Source: Bacteroidia bacterium (GTDB lineage Bacteria; Bacteroidota; Bacteroidia; B-17B0; Aurantibacillaceae). From it: a stretch of DNA of 64,000 bases. This document shows positions 30,771 to 42,271 of this stretch, in pieces. The translations under genes were made by a program, and so were the position numbers. The stretch covers positions 36,226 to 100,225 of the forward strand of contig JAVKLI010000051.1 in NCBI GenBank assembly GCA_031539425.1. Direction: 5' to 3'. The notes below the pieces were generated by a model. It had not been told where the DNA came from, did no database searches, and saw nothing but the letters and a program-made list of their open reading frames with translations. Every line of letters begins with the position of its first letter. The stretch's first letter is position 1.

Positions 30771-31763
30771 TTACTTACTATCGTAAGCCCACTTAAGCCA
30801 AATAGAGCCCCACGTAAAACCACCTCCAAAAGCGGATAGGATTATATTATCGCCTTTTTTAAATTTCTTTTCGTAATCCCACATTAATAATGGTATAGTA
30901 CCGGATGTGGTATTTCCATAACGTTCAATATTCATTAGCATCTTATCTAACCCTATTCCCATGCGGTTTGCAGTTGCTTCACAAATTCGTTTATTAGCTT
31001 GGTGTGGTAATAAATAAGCAATATCATTTGCAGTTAAATTATTATTTTCCATAATATTTGCACTCACTTCGGCCATATTTACTACGGCGTGTTTAAACAC
31101 TGTTTGTCCTTCTTGATAGGCATAGTGTAGTCGCTTATCTATGGTTTCGTGAGTTGGAGGCATCAGCGATCCCCCTGCTTTTTGGTGTAAATTTGCAGCT
31201 CCAGAGCCATCAGTTTTTAAGATAAAATCTTGAATACCATAACCTTCTGTATTTGGCTCTAATAAAACAGCACCACCACCATCTCCAAAAATAATACAGG
31301 TTGCTCTGTCTTGATAATCAATAATGGTGCTCATTTTATCAACGCCAACAACCACAACTTTTTTATACTTACCTGTTTCAATAAATTGAGTCCCCGTACT
31401 TAAGGCAAAAATAAATCCTGAGCAAGCAGCCGCAACATCATAACCCCAAGCATTTTTGGCACCTACTTTATCACAAATTAAATTTGAGGTGCTTGGAAAA
31501 ACTAAATCTCCAGTAATAGTAGCGCATATTAATAAATCAATATCTAAGGCAGAAATGCCTCGCTTGGTAAGTAATTCATTTACAGCAAATACCATCATGT
31601 CTGATGTAGCCTTACCAGGTTCTTTTTGAATTCGACGTTCTTTAATTCCTGTTCGAGTGGTTATCCATTCGTCATTAGTGTCAACCAATTTAGATAACTC
31701 TTCATTGGTTAAAATATAATTAGGAACATAGCCTCCAAGGGCAGTAATAGCAGCTTTAATCAT
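30771..31763 (-). CDS. fabH: 3-oxoacyl-ACP synthase III
   Basis: 330 aa. Active-site AAACSGF, HQAN and GNTTSGTIP motifs. Confidence 0.95.
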   Translation of the reverse strand: MIKAAITALGGYVPNYILTNEELSKLVDTNDEWITTRTGIKERRIQKEPGKATSDMMVFAVNELLTKRGISALDIDLLICATITGDLVFPSTSNLICDKVGAKNAWGYDVAAACSGFIFALSTGTQFIETGKYKKVVVVGVDKMSTIIDYQDRATCIIFGDGGGAVLLEPNTEGYGIQDFILKTDGSGAANLHQKAGGSLMPPTHETIDKRLHYAYQEGQTVFKHAVVNMAEVSANIMENNNLTANDIAYLLPHQANKRICEATANRMGIGLDKMLMNIERYGNTTSGTIPLLMWDYEKKFKKGDNIILSAFGGGFTWGSIWLKWAYDSK

Positions 31764-32703
31764 TATTATTGAAGTATAATTTTATTTTATCTGTAAGATT
31801 TGTAGTACATAAATCTTGACTTAATAATAATAAATTTTTAAAAGATACTGGACTAGATTTTCCATGTGCTATAAGCACATTGGAGTGTACTCCTAATATT
31901 GGAGTGCCTCCGTAAAGTTCATAATTAAATCTGTCAAAAAATTCATCGCTTCGGTTTCTCTTTTTAATCATTGAATAAAAAGATTCAGCCATTTTTAATA
32001 AAACATTACCTGTAAATCCTTCACAAACAATAACGTCTACTTTATCAGAAAATAAATCAGACCCTTCTATATTACCAATAAAATTAAACCCTGTAGATTG
32101 CTTCATTAAAGTATAAGCTGCCTGAGAAACTAAATTACCTTTTTCGGGCTCTTCACCAATATTTAACAAGCCTACTTTTGGATTGTCAATTTTATGAACA
32201 TTTTGCGCATAAATTGAACCTAATAATCCAAATTGAACAAGCACATCTGGCCTACAATCTGCATTGGTACCTACATCTAAAATAATATTTACACCGCCAT
32301 TCATTTTTGGTAAAACGGAAGTAATACACGGACGAATAACTCCAGGAATGGGCTTTACTGAAAACATAGCACCAACTAGCATAGCACCTGTATTTCCGGC
32401 ACTTGCAAAACACTGAATGACATTTTCTTTTAGTAGCTTAAAACCTACTGCAATTGAGCTGTTAGGTTTTTTAGAGATGGCTTTAGTTGGATGCTCACAC
32501 ATATCTATTACCTCATCTGTATGAACAAATTCTATTTGATCCATTGAAATTCCTTTTTCAGCAAAATACGCTTTTCCTATAGCGCTATCACCAATTAATA
32601 CAACTGTAACATCTTTGTTAAGCTCTTTAAGAGCTAATATTGTACCCTCTAAACAATTGTTTGGAGAAAAATCTCCACCCATAAAATCTAAACCAATTTT
32701 CAT
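31756..32703 (-). CDS. plsX: Phosphate acyltransferase PlsX
   Basis: 315 aa. MKIGLDFMGGD N-terminus, CEGFTGNV and GKSS motifs. 8-nt overlap with fabH. Confidence 0.95.
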   Translation of the reverse strand: MKIGLDFMGGDFSPNNCLEGTILALKELNKDVTVVLIGDSAIGKAYFAEKGISMDQIEFVHTDEVIDMCEHPTKAISKKPNSSIAVGFKLLKENVIQCFASAGNTGAMLVGAMFSVKPIPGVIRPCITSVLPKMNGGVNIILDVGTNADCRPDVLVQFGLLGSIYAQNVHKIDNPKVGLLNIGEEPEKGNLVSQAAYTLMKQSTGFNFIGNIEGSDLFSDKVDVIVCEGFTGNVLLKMAESFYSMIKKRNRSDEFFDRFNYELYGGTPILGVHSNVLIAHGKSSPVSFKNLLLLSQDLCTTNLTDKIKLYFNNND

Positions 32704-32742
32704 ACTTTAATTTATCGTTTTTTAATAAAATTATAAAAGCCA

Positions 32743-32773
32743 CTTGCATTATCTTATTAGATAATGTTTCAAG
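32743..32773 (-). terminator. Possible intrinsic terminator downstream of ridA
   Basis: CTTG-CATTATCT-tatt-AGATAATG-ttt-CAAG gives an 8-bp perfect stem plus a 4-bp extension. On the minus strand it is followed by a T-rich stretch (CTTTTATAATTTTATT). Confidence 0.35.
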
Positions 32774-32883
32774 ATTTGCTAAAATATAAAAAAATGATAA
32801 AAAAACCTAATTTGAAAAATAAATATTGCAGCAAATGGCAATAATTATAAACAAGGTTTTAATTAATTTAAAATTGTAATGGG

Positions 32884-33264
32884 TTAATATGATTTTGCTT
32901 CAACACTAATTTCTACATTAGCATCTTTTGGTAATGCTCCAGCTTGAATTGTAGCTCTTGCAGGAAAATCAGAAGCAAAATAACTACTATAAACTTCATT
33001 AACAAACACAAAATTATTTAAATCAGCCAAAAATATCGTGGTTTTTACTATATGATTAAAATTTAAACCAGCTTCTTTTAATATTTCTCCTATATAATCC
33101 ATTACAATTTTGGTTTCTTCTTTTATTGGAGCTTTTATGAGCTGTTTAGAACTTAAATCCATTGCAATTGTACCAGACACGTATACCGAATCTCCAACTT
33201 TGATGGCTTGATTGTAAGGGCCAATAGGAGATGGGGCTTTAGGTGTATTAATCACTATTTTCAT
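32884..33264 (-). CDS. ridA: RidA/YjgF family reactive-intermediate deaminase
   Basis: 126 aa. PIGPYNQAIKVGD..VYVSG and ARATIQAGALPKDANVEI motifs. Confidence 0.9.
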   Translation of the reverse strand: MKIVINTPKAPSPIGPYNQAIKVGDSVYVSGTIAMDLSSKQLIKAPIKEETKIVMDYIGEILKEAGLNFNHIVKTTIFLADLNNFVFVNEVYSSYFASDFPARATIQAGALPKDANVEISVEAKSY

Positions 33265-33388
33265 ATTATAAAATTATAATTTAATAAATTTTTTTATTTG
33301 TAAGGTAACAAAAATAAAGGTTTCTATTATAGAATTAACGAAGATTAAATTTAATTTTAGAATTAAAATAGTTTGCCTTTATATCTAA

Positions 33389-33565
33389 ATGACAAAAAAT
33401 ATAAAAAAAACAGAAAGTGATGCGTATTATTTAAGCCCTGAAGGGTATTTGATATTTACAGAAGCATATCATTTAAAGCGTGGCTATTGTTGTAAAAATG
33501 GCTGTAAACATTGTCCGTACGGGTATAATAAAAAAACGCAAACTTTTAATAATATTAAAAAGTAA
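33389..33565 (+). CDS. DUF5522 family small Cys-rich protein (not in the supplied ORF track, 58 aa)
   Basis: I translated it by hand as MTKNIKKTESDAYYLSPEGYLIFTEAYHLKRGYCCKNGCKHCPYGYNKKTQTFNNIKK*. The YHLKRGYCC.NGC.HCPYG motif defines this Bacteroidota family. Confidence 0.65.
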   Translation: MTKNIKKTESDAYYLSPEGYLIFTEAYHLKRGYCCKNGCKHCPYGYNKKTQTFNNIKK

Positions 33566-33580
33566 AGTTTAATTGTTAAT

Positions 33581-34339
33581 TCAAAACGGGTTTAAATCAT
33601 TTATCACCGGAAACTGTTTTCTATAACTTGAAACTTCGTTAATTTTAAGTTTAAAAATTTTAATTGCATCTTCATTTGGTGCAAAACCTAGCACTGTATC
33701 ACCTTTTGGGTTTATAATGCAGCTGTAACCACCATGTGTAATGTTATATATATGCACCTATTCTATTTAAAGCAATCACATAGGCTTGATTTTCAATGGC
33801 ACGAGCTATTAATAGGTGTTTCCAATGCTCTATTCTTATATCGGGCCAATTGGCTATATAAGCACATCATAATCAAGTTGCTTTGTTCGTATACTGCTTG
33901 TAGGAAATCTTAAATCGTAACAAATAAGAGGTTTAAATCTACAGCCTTTGTAATTTACAATTAGTGAATTACGCTCTGCCGTGTAATGTTTGTGTTCATT
34001 ACCCATACTAAATAAATGCTGCTTGTTATAATAAGTATATGTACCGTTTGGGTAAACCCAAAACAAACGGTTATAAAATTTATTTTGATCCTTAAAACTT
34101 AAGGATCCCACAATGGCGCAGTTTTTTTGTTGAACTTTATTTAAAAGCCACTTAAAGGTTGGGCTATAAATAGATTCGGCAAACAGTTGTGGCTGCATGG
34201 TAAAGCCAGTGCTAAACATTTCGGGTAGCACAATCAAATCTATAGCATTTTCTATTTGATTTATTTTTTGATCAAAATGTAGCATGTTGGCTTCTGAGTT
34301 TTCCCAATTTAAGTGGGTTTGAATTAAAGCAACAGTCAT
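33581..34339 (-). pseudogene. Carbon-nitrogen hydrolase (nitrilase superfamily, YafV/omega-amidase-like) gene with two frameshifts
   Basis: The N-terminal 161 aa are intact from MTVALIQ (ATG at 34339) and carry catalytic E (LPEMF), K (YNKQHLF) and C (LICYDLRFP). The frame breaks near 33860. The conserved continuation [35 protein letters not shown] is read in another frame and stops at 33744-33746. The original frame then resumes inside a TATATATA run with NITHGGYSCIINPKGD...NDLNPF* and ends at 33581. Confidence 0.75.
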
Positions 34340-34340
34340 T

Positions 34341-34832
34341 TTATTGTTTAAGCTTTTCAATAATTTTGGTTGTCGAAAATCCATCTACCAAATCTATTGT
34401 AATTACTTGCCCTCCGGCTTCTGTTACTTCTTTATAACCTACTATTTGTTCGGGGTTATAATCTTTCCCTTTTACTAATATGTTGGGTAATAAATAGGTG
34501 ATCAATTGTAGAGGGGTTTGTTCTTCAAAAATAATAACAGCATCTACGCAGGCAAGCGCTGCTAAAATAATTGCCCTCGAAGTTTCATTGTTTATTGGTC
34601 TTTCGGGCGATTTATTTAATAATTGTACAGATGAGTTAGAGTTTAAACCTACAATTAAAAAATCGCCTAAATCTTTAGCTTTACTTAAATAAGTTACATG
34701 GCCTTGATGCAAAATATCAAAGCAGCCATTGGTAAAAACTACTTTTTGATTTTTATATTGTGGTTGGTTTAACTTTTCTTTTAAAATAAATTTAGTTACA
34801 ATTTTATCAGATAATAATTTAAGATAACTCAT
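34341..34832 (-). CDS. Cytidylyltransferase-fold protein, RfaE domain II-like (D-glycero-beta-D-manno-heptose-1-phosphate adenylyltransferase)
   Basis: 163 aa. The FTNGCFDILHQGHVTYL (HxGH) motif and its size fit RfaE-II or other small nucleotidyltransferases. Confidence 0.75.
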   Translation of the reverse strand: MSYLKLLSDKIVTKFILKEKLNQPQYKNQKVVFTNGCFDILHQGHVTYLSKAKDLGDFLIVGLNSNSSVQLLNKSPERPINNETSRAIILAALACVDAVIIFEEQTPLQLITYLLPNILVKGKDYNPEQIVGYKEVTEAGGQVITIDLVDGFSTTKIIEKLKQ

Positions 34833-35835
34833 GTTTCTTTTTATTAATTAGCGGTAACAGTATGATATAAAATAAACCAATTATAACAATAGAAATAAAC
34901 TGAACGGACCATGTGAGCCAAGGAAAAGAAACAGAAGTGATCGTATCAATATTATAAGTATAAATTAATAAGCCTGAAATAATGGCTGGGTAAGCCCCCA
35001 AACCACCAGGCGAAAACACCACCCCAAATGTACCAAATAATAATAAAGTTAGGCATTCTGATTGACCAAGACTGGCCATGTGTTCAAATGCAAAAAAACA
35101 AACATATAAACTATAAAAATAGGCCGCCCAAATAGATATACTTAATAGTATAAATTGTAATGGCTGTTTTAAGTTTTTTACAGATTTTAAACCATCTACA
35201 AAGCCTTTTAATACACTTTGTAGTTTAGTTTTTATAGCACTGTTTTTTAGTTTTTTAATTATAAAATAAAAAACAATTGCTATTGCCATTAATATTAAAA
35301 TGCTAATTGTAATTTGAATAAATGACACAGAATCATTTTTAAACTTATTAATAAACGGAATTAAAATATACTTTAATAGCAAGGCTTTTAGTTGCTGAAA
35401 TTGAAATACAATAGTCAATAAAAAGATAAGCATTAAAATAATAGTGTCTATAATACGCTCTGTAATTACTGTTCCAAGAGCTGTTTCAAATGGCACGTTA
35501 TTGTATTTTTTGGCTAGGGTGCACCGGGTAATTTCGCCCATGCGTGGTAAGCCATAGTTTGCAAAATAGCCTATAAATACAAAGCCTACTGCATTATTTA
35601 AATTAATATTGTAATTAAGTGGCGCAAGTAAATAGTTCCATCTATAAGCTCTCAATACATGGCTAAATATACCTATTAAGGTTGAAATAATAATCCAAAA
35701 ATAATTTACGGAGCTAAATGAATTAATAATTTTATCTCGTTGTCCCCATACCGAATGCAGTGAAAGCCAAGTTAATCCAATACCAATAAGTAATAAAATA
35801 CTAAATTGAATAATATTCTTTTTTTTGAATTTCAA
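34819..35835 (-). CDS. Flippase-like / lysylphosphatidylglycerol-synthase transmembrane-domain protein (UPF0104)
   Basis: 338 aa with about 8 TM segments. The RAYRWNYLL and PRMGEITRC motifs are typical of this family. Confidence 0.65.
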   Translation of the reverse strand: MKFKKKNIIQFSILLLIGIGLTWLSLHSVWGQRDKIINSFSSVNYFWIIISTLIGIFSHVLRAYRWNYLLAPLNYNINLNNAVGFVFIGYFANYGLPRMGEITRCTLAKKYNNVPFETALGTVITERIIDTIILMLIFLLTIVFQFQQLKALLLKYILIPFINKFKNDSVSFIQITISILILMAIAIVFYFIIKKLKNSAIKTKLQSVLKGFVDGLKSVKNLKQPLQFILLSISIWAAYFYSLYVCFFAFEHMASLGQSECLTLLLFGTFGVVFSPGGLGAYPAIISGLLIYTYNIDTITSVSFPWLTWSVQFISIVIIGLFYIILLPLINKKKHELS

Positions 35836-35837
35836 TT

Positions 35838-36191
35838 TTATTGCTTGAGTTTATTAGTAGTTAAAGTTGGGAAAGTAATTTTAGGTGTATGTTTTTTTGC
35901 TTTGTCAAAATCCATTATGGCGTAAGACAACACAATAACTACATCACCTACATTTACTTTTTTTGCTGCAGGGCCATTAATGCAAATAACGCCAGACCCT
36001 CGTTTGCCTTTAATAATGTATGTTATAAAGCGTTCTCCATTATTTTTATTGAGCACATGCACTTGTTCGTTTTCAATAAAATCTACAGCATCCATTAAGT
36101 CTTCGTCAATGGTAATACTACCTATATAATCAAGTTCTGCTTGGGTAACTGATACGCAATGAATTTTAGATTTTAATACTTGAATTTGCAT
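35838..36191 (-). CDS. panD: Aspartate 1-decarboxylase
   Basis: MQIQVLKSKIHCVSVTQAELDYIGSITIDEDLM contains the self-processing G-S site. I chose the ATG at 36191; the track ORF begins at an upstream GTG. Confidence 0.9.
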   Translation of the reverse strand: MQIQVLKSKIHCVSVTQAELDYIGSITIDEDLMDAVDFIENEQVHVLNKNNGERFITYIIKGKRGSGVICINGPAAKKVNVGDVVIVLSYAIMDFDKAKKHTPKITFPTLTTNKLKQ

Positions 36192-36288
36192 AATAATAAG
36201 ATGCACAAATTTAGTTAATTTTGATGTGGAGCTAACATAAATTTAATTTGTTTAGTGTTTTTATTAAGATAGTGAATAATAAAACTGA

Positions 36289-37194
36289 TTAAAATCTTAA
36301 GTAAGGTAATAGTTTTTCAAATGTTTCATAATCAAACAAATTTAAGCTTTGTAATTGAACTTGGCTAATGCGTTCATGCTTGGATATATAATTAGATATC
36401 GCTTTTAAATTAACTTGCCTAAAGTAGGGATGCTTTTTTAAAGTATATATATCTATTTTATTTATTTCAATTTGTGTGATAAGGTTAGAGTTAACGGTAA
36501 TTTGAGATTCTATTTTTAAAAACAAAGAGTCGCTCATTCCGTATACTTCTTTGAGTTGATTTAAGGAATAAAAGCCACCTAATAATTGTTTATACTTACA
36601 AATACGTTTTGCATATACTGGACCAATGCCTTTTATTTTCAGTATTTGTAAGCTATCAGCGGAATTTAATTCTATTGGTGTTAAAACACTTGGCTTTTTA
36701 AGTTTTGTATAAAAATGGGAGTTAGAAGAATCTCTTTTTAATTGCGGAATTAAAATATATGGCAATAATTTTTCATAAAGTTTGGGATGGAGTCCATACA
36801 CTTTTTTAAAATCTTCAGCTTTAAAAAAAGTGCCTCCTTTTAGTCTGTACTTTTCAATTGTATAAAATAAGCGCTTTGAAATGCCTAATTGCAAAGCGAT
36901 TTCAAGAGTTATTGTATTGGGGTTAAAAGTAAATAAATTTAAATTGGTGTTATTATTGTCTATACTTTTTTTAAACTGCAACGTATGTTTTAACACTGTG
37001 TCTTGTTCTCCTTTATAAGCTTTAGGTTGGTTTAGTAAAATAACTCTTTGGCTATTAAAAATGTAGGGGATACACATTTTAAAAATAAACAAAACACAAA
37101 AAAATACAACTAATACTAACAATCCGCGTCGCTCTTGTTTATTAAAATAATAATGTTTAGCTAGCCAATTTTTAATGTTCATATAAAAAAACAA
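36289..37194 (-). CDS. ComEA-like helix-hairpin-helix DNA-binding membrane protein
   Basis: N-terminal TM segment and two HhH units (LNSADSLQILKIKGIGPVYAKRI..., plus an earlier repeat). The start may instead be the Met at 37182. Confidence 0.7.
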   Translation of the reverse strand: MFFYMNIKNWLAKHYYFNKQERRGLLVLVVFFCVLFIFKMCIPYIFNSQRVILLNQPKAYKGEQDTVLKHTLQFKKSIDNNNTNLNLFTFNPNTITLEIALQLGISKRLFYTIEKYRLKGGTFFKAEDFKKVYGLHPKLYEKLLPYILIPQLKRDSSNSHFYTKLKKPSVLTPIELNSADSLQILKIKGIGPVYAKRICKYKQLLGGFYSLNQLKEVYGMSDSLFLKIESQITVNSNLITQIEINKIDIYTLKKHPYFRQVNLKAISNYISKHERISQVQLQSLNLFDYETFEKLLPYLRF

Positions 37195-37245
37195 TTAAAC
37201 CCACTTAGTTTAATTTTACACGCTTTTGTGGGTAGTATTTTTCTT

Positions 37246-39090
<1,845 letters not shown>

Positions 39091-39093
39091 TTA

Positions 39094-39297
39094 TTATCCT
39101 CCTTGGGTAGCTTTAACTGTAAGCACGGTATCATGTTCTTTTAGTATGGTGTGTTCCCAATTTATTTTTGAAACCACACTGTTATTAATGGCAACAGCTA
39201 CACCCTGCGTATGATGCTGCAGTTGGGAATGTATAAAGTCACTTAATTTAGTGTTAACAGGCACTTCCATAATAATAGCGTTATAATTTATTTGCAT
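39094..39297 (-). CDS. thiS: Sulfur-carrier protein ThiS
   Basis: 67 aa from MQINYN... to a C-terminal ...VKATQGG (Gly-Gly end) with the GVAVAINNSVV core. The 91-aa track ORF adds a hydrophobic N-terminal extension that I consider unlikely to be translated. Confidence 0.75.
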   Translation of the reverse strand: MQINYNAIIMEVPVNTKLSDFIHSQLQHHTQGVAVAINNSVVSKINWEHTILKEHDTVLTVKATQGG

Positions 39298-39515
39298 ACC
39301 AATGATACAGCTTTGAAAAAACGATGTAAATATAAAAATTAACGTTAAATTATAAACCTTATATCTCATTTATTATATTATATTTGCGCCGCAATTAAGA
39401 TTTAATTAGTGACAAAAATTGTAAAACCTTGTTTAAAAAGTCGGACAAATAAGGTGTTATAGTGCAGTAATCAAATCAAACGCTGCACTATTATTAATTT
39501 TAAAACATCATTATT

Positions 39516-41423
39516 ATGACATTTCAAGAACTAGGCTTGGATCCAAGCATTTACAAGGCTATTGCAGAATTAGGCTTTGAAACCCCAACTCCAATACAAG
39601 AACAAACCATTGCAAAACTGCATTCAAACTCAACAGATTTAGTAGCCCTAGCCCAAACAGGTACTGGTAAAACAGCCGCATTTGGCTTGCCACTCTTATC
39701 ACAATTAGACACTAAAGATAGAAATACTCAAGCGCTTATACTTGCCCCAACACGTGAATTGTGTGTTCAAATATCAAAAGATATCATCAACTATTCTAAG
39801 TACCTTTCAAACCTTAGAGTTACTGCCGTATATGGAGGAGCTCCTATAGTAGGGCAAATAAAAGATTTAAAACAAGGTTCTCAAATTGTAGTAGCCACGC
39901 CAGGTCGTTTAGTAGATATTATCGATAGAAAAGCGTTGGATTTATCTCACATTCAAATAGTAGTACTTGATGAAGCTGATGAAATGCTTAACATGGGCTT
40001 TAAAGACGACTTAGATTTGATATTAAGCCATACCCCACCCACCAAAAACACTTGGTTATTTTCGGCTACCATGCCTAAAGAAGTGGAACGTATCGCTAGC
40101 AAATACATGAAATCCCCTTTAGAAATATCAGTAGGTAAAAAAAATCAAGGCGCTGAAAACATTGAACATATTTATTATACCGTTCAACAACGTGATAGAT
40201 ACGCCGTTTTAAAGCGCATTGCAGATTATTACCCCGATATTTTTGGAATTGTATTTTGCCGCACTAAAATTGAAACACAAGATGTAGCCGACCAACTTAT
40301 TAAAGACGGATACAATGCTGACGCTTTACACGGAGATTTATCTCAAGCTCAACGAGATTTGGTTATGAAACGTTTTAGAAGTAAAACCTTGCAAATGCTT
40401 GTTGCTACAGATGTTGCCGCTAGAGGTATAGATGTAAATAATGTCACCCATGTTATTAATTACAATTTACCTGAAGACGCTGAAAATTACACACACCGTA
40501 GCGGACGAACAGCTAGAGCCGGCAAATCAGGTATTGCTATTGCAATAATTACTCCCAAAGAAGCCTATAAAATTAAAGACATAGAACGCATCATTCAAAC
40601 CAAATTTACCAAAGCTGTTATCCCTACAGGAGTTGATGTATGCGAAAAGCAATTGTTTAATTTAGTACATAAATTAAATCATGTAGAGGTAAAAGATGCT
40701 GAAATTGAAAAATACCTGCCAAAAATTTATACCGAATTAAAAGATTTATCTAAAGAAGAACTCATTAAGCGATTAATTTCAGAAGAATTTAACCGCTTTT
40801 ACACCTACTACTTAAATGCCCCAGATTTAAATGCCAATTCGGAAGGATTTAATAATGGTAAAACCACTAGATTATTTGTAAACTTAGGTCAGTTAGATGG
40901 ATTTAATGTTAACTCTATTAAAGATTTTTTAGCAGAACTTGCCAACATTAATCCGCGCATGATATTTAATATTGACGTTAAAAATAGTTTTTCGTTTTTT
41001 GAAACAGAAAATAAGCACCAAGAAGATTTTATACAAATTAACAAACTAAAAACAGAATTTAACGCACGGGTTATCTCTTTTGAAGTGTCTAAAAACAAAG
41101 GCGGCGGCGGTAATTCAGAGCGCAGAAGTGCTGGTGGATCTTTTGAAAGAAGAGGTGGAAGTGGCAGCTTTGAAAGAAAAGACAGACGCAGAGATTTTGG
41201 TAGTGGCGAAGGAAGAAAATCTTACGGGTCTGATAAAGGCGGGTTTGGAGAACGATCAAAAAGTAGAAGCTACAGTGGAGATAGAAGAGATGGTGGGAAA
41301 CCAAAAACTTTTGAAAAAAGTTCAGAAAAAAAGGCTTACGGCAGTAAACGAGAAAGTAACTTTGACGGACCTAAAAAAGGTGGAAGAGAAGGATTTAAAG
41401 AAGGAAAAAGTAACTTTTTTTAA
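39516..41423 (+). CDS. DEAD-box ATP-dependent RNA helicase (DeaD/CsdA-like) with DbpA-type RNA-binding domain and Arg/Gly/Ser-rich tail
   Basis: Q-motif, AQTGTGKT, DEAD, SAT and HRSGRTARAG motifs. The C-terminal ~110 aa are low complexity (GGSFERRGGSGSFERKDRRRDFGSGEGRK...). Confidence 0.9.
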   Translation: MTFQELGLDPSIYKAIAELGFETPTPIQEQTIAKLHSNSTDLVALAQTGTGKTAAFGLPLLSQLDTKDRNTQALILAPTRELCVQISKDIINYSKYLSNLRVTAVYGGAPIVGQIKDLKQGSQIVVATPGRLVDIIDRKALDLSHIQIVVLDEADEMLNMGFKDDLDLILSHTPPTKNTWLFSATMPKEVERIASKYMKSPLEISVGKKNQGAENIEHIYYTVQQRDRYAVLKRIADYYPDIFGIVFCRTKIETQDVADQLIKDGYNADALHGDLSQAQRDLVMKRFRSKTLQMLVATDVAARGIDVNNVTHVINYNLPEDAENYTHRSGRTARAGKSGIAIAIITPKEAYKIKDIERIIQTKFTKAVIPTGVDVCEKQLFNLVHKLNHVEVKDAEIEKYLPKIYTELKDLSKEELIKRLISEEFNRFYTYYLNAPDLNANSEGFNNGKTTRLFVNLGQLDGFNVNSIKDFLAELANINPRMIFNIDVKNSFSFFETENKHQEDFIQINKLKTEFNARVISFEVSKNKGGGGNSERRSAGGSFERRGGSGSFERKDRRRDFGSGEGRKSYGSDKGGFGERSKSRSYSGDRRDGGKPKTFEKSSEKKAYGSKRESNFDGPKKGGREGFKEGKSNFF

Positions 41424-41511
41424 ATAAAGTTTAAATATTCTTTGTAGATAACCAAATAACAATTAAATTCGCAACCCTTCAATAAAGAAGAGAAATATAA
41501 AAAATACTATT

Positions 41512-41748
41512 ATGTCACGCATTTGTCAGTTAACCGGAAAAAAAGCGATGAAAGGAAACAAAGTTTCTTTTTCGAACGTAAAAACACGCCGTCAGTTTAA
41601 GGTAAATTTAAAAACTAAAAAGTTTTTTATTCCAGAAACAGGAGAATGGGTTTTATTAAGAGTATCAACCTCTGCAATAAAAAATATTAATAAAAAAGGT
41701 ATTTTTAACTGCCTCAAAGAGTCTCAAAAAAAAGGCATTTTAAATTAG
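41512..41748 (+). CDS. rpmB: 50S ribosomal protein L28
   Basis: 78 aa with an MSRICQLTGKKAMKGNKVSFSN... N-terminus. Confidence 0.95.
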   Translation: MSRICQLTGKKAMKGNKVSFSNVKTRRQFKVNLKTKKFFIPETGEWVLLRVSTSAIKNINKKGIFNCLKESQKKGILN

Positions 41749-41779
41749 TTTTAAATAGATATATTAATCCAATTGAATT

Positions 41780-41962
41780 ATGGCAAAAAAAGGAAATAGA
41801 ATCCAGGTTATTTTAGAATGCACTGAGCATAAAGACAGTGGAAAACCTGGAACATCAAGGTATATTACCACTAAAAATAAAAAAAATACACCTGATAGAA
41901 TAGAATTAAAAAAATACAATTCGATTCTTAAAAAAGTAACTGTACATAAAGAAATAAAATAA
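41780..41962 (+). CDS. rpmG: 50S ribosomal protein L33
   Basis: 60 aa: [17 protein letters not shown]...[21 protein letters not shown]. Confidence 0.95.
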   Translation: MAKKGNRIQVILECTEHKDSGKPGTSRYITTKNKKNTPDRIELKKYNSILKKVTVHKEIK

Positions 41963-41974
41963 TAACATTATACT

Positions 41975-42127
41975 ATGGCAAAGAAGGTTGTAGCAACACT
42001 AAAAACAGGCAAAGGTAACAGTTTTACAAAAGTTATAAAAGTTGTAAAATCTCCAAAAACAGGTGCTTACGCATTTAGAGAAGAAATTGTTCAAAATGAA
42101 TTAGTGAACGACTATTTAAAAAAATAG
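41975..42127 (+). CDS. DUF4295 family small protein (not in the supplied ORF track, 50 aa)
   Basis: I translated it by hand as MAKKVVATLKTGKGNSFTKVIKVVKSPKTGAYAFREEIVQNELVNDYLKK*. Both its position directly after rpmG and its sequence pattern are typical of Bacteroidota DUF4295. Confidence 0.7.
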   Translation: MAKKVVATLKTGKGNSFTKVIKVVKSPKTGAYAFREEIVQNELVNDYLKK

Positions 42128-42271
42128 TTTTATAATTCCCAATTTTCTTTTTAAATTTTTATATATTTGACTTTATTGTAATTTAATATATAAAATATAT
42201 ATTATTATTGAATATATATTTATTTTTTAATTACTCTAAAACCAGCAACGGTAGTTAATTAAAGCATTATT

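Noticed and set aside
32704-32883. Expected rpmF (L32) gene upstream of plsX
   Set aside because: I read both strands and found no open frame resembling L32 (MAHPKRK...). There is only a 16-codon ORF and a hairpin that I interpret as the ridA terminator.
39298-39369. 24-residue hydrophobic, lipobox-like N-terminal extension of ThiS (MRYKVYNLTLIFIFTSFFQSCIIG)
   Set aside because: ThiS is a small cytoplasmic ubiquitin-fold protein, and the internal Met at 39297 gives the canonical 67-aa length. The extension is probably a chance open frame in AT-rich leader DNA. I cannot exclude translation from the upstream ATG.
40889-41427. Track ORFs 40889..41098(-), 41080..41427(+) and 41089..41304(-)
   Set aside because: They are alternative frames of the repetitive purine-rich 3' end of the DEAD-box helicase gene. 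The helicase frame is continuous with the conserved core.
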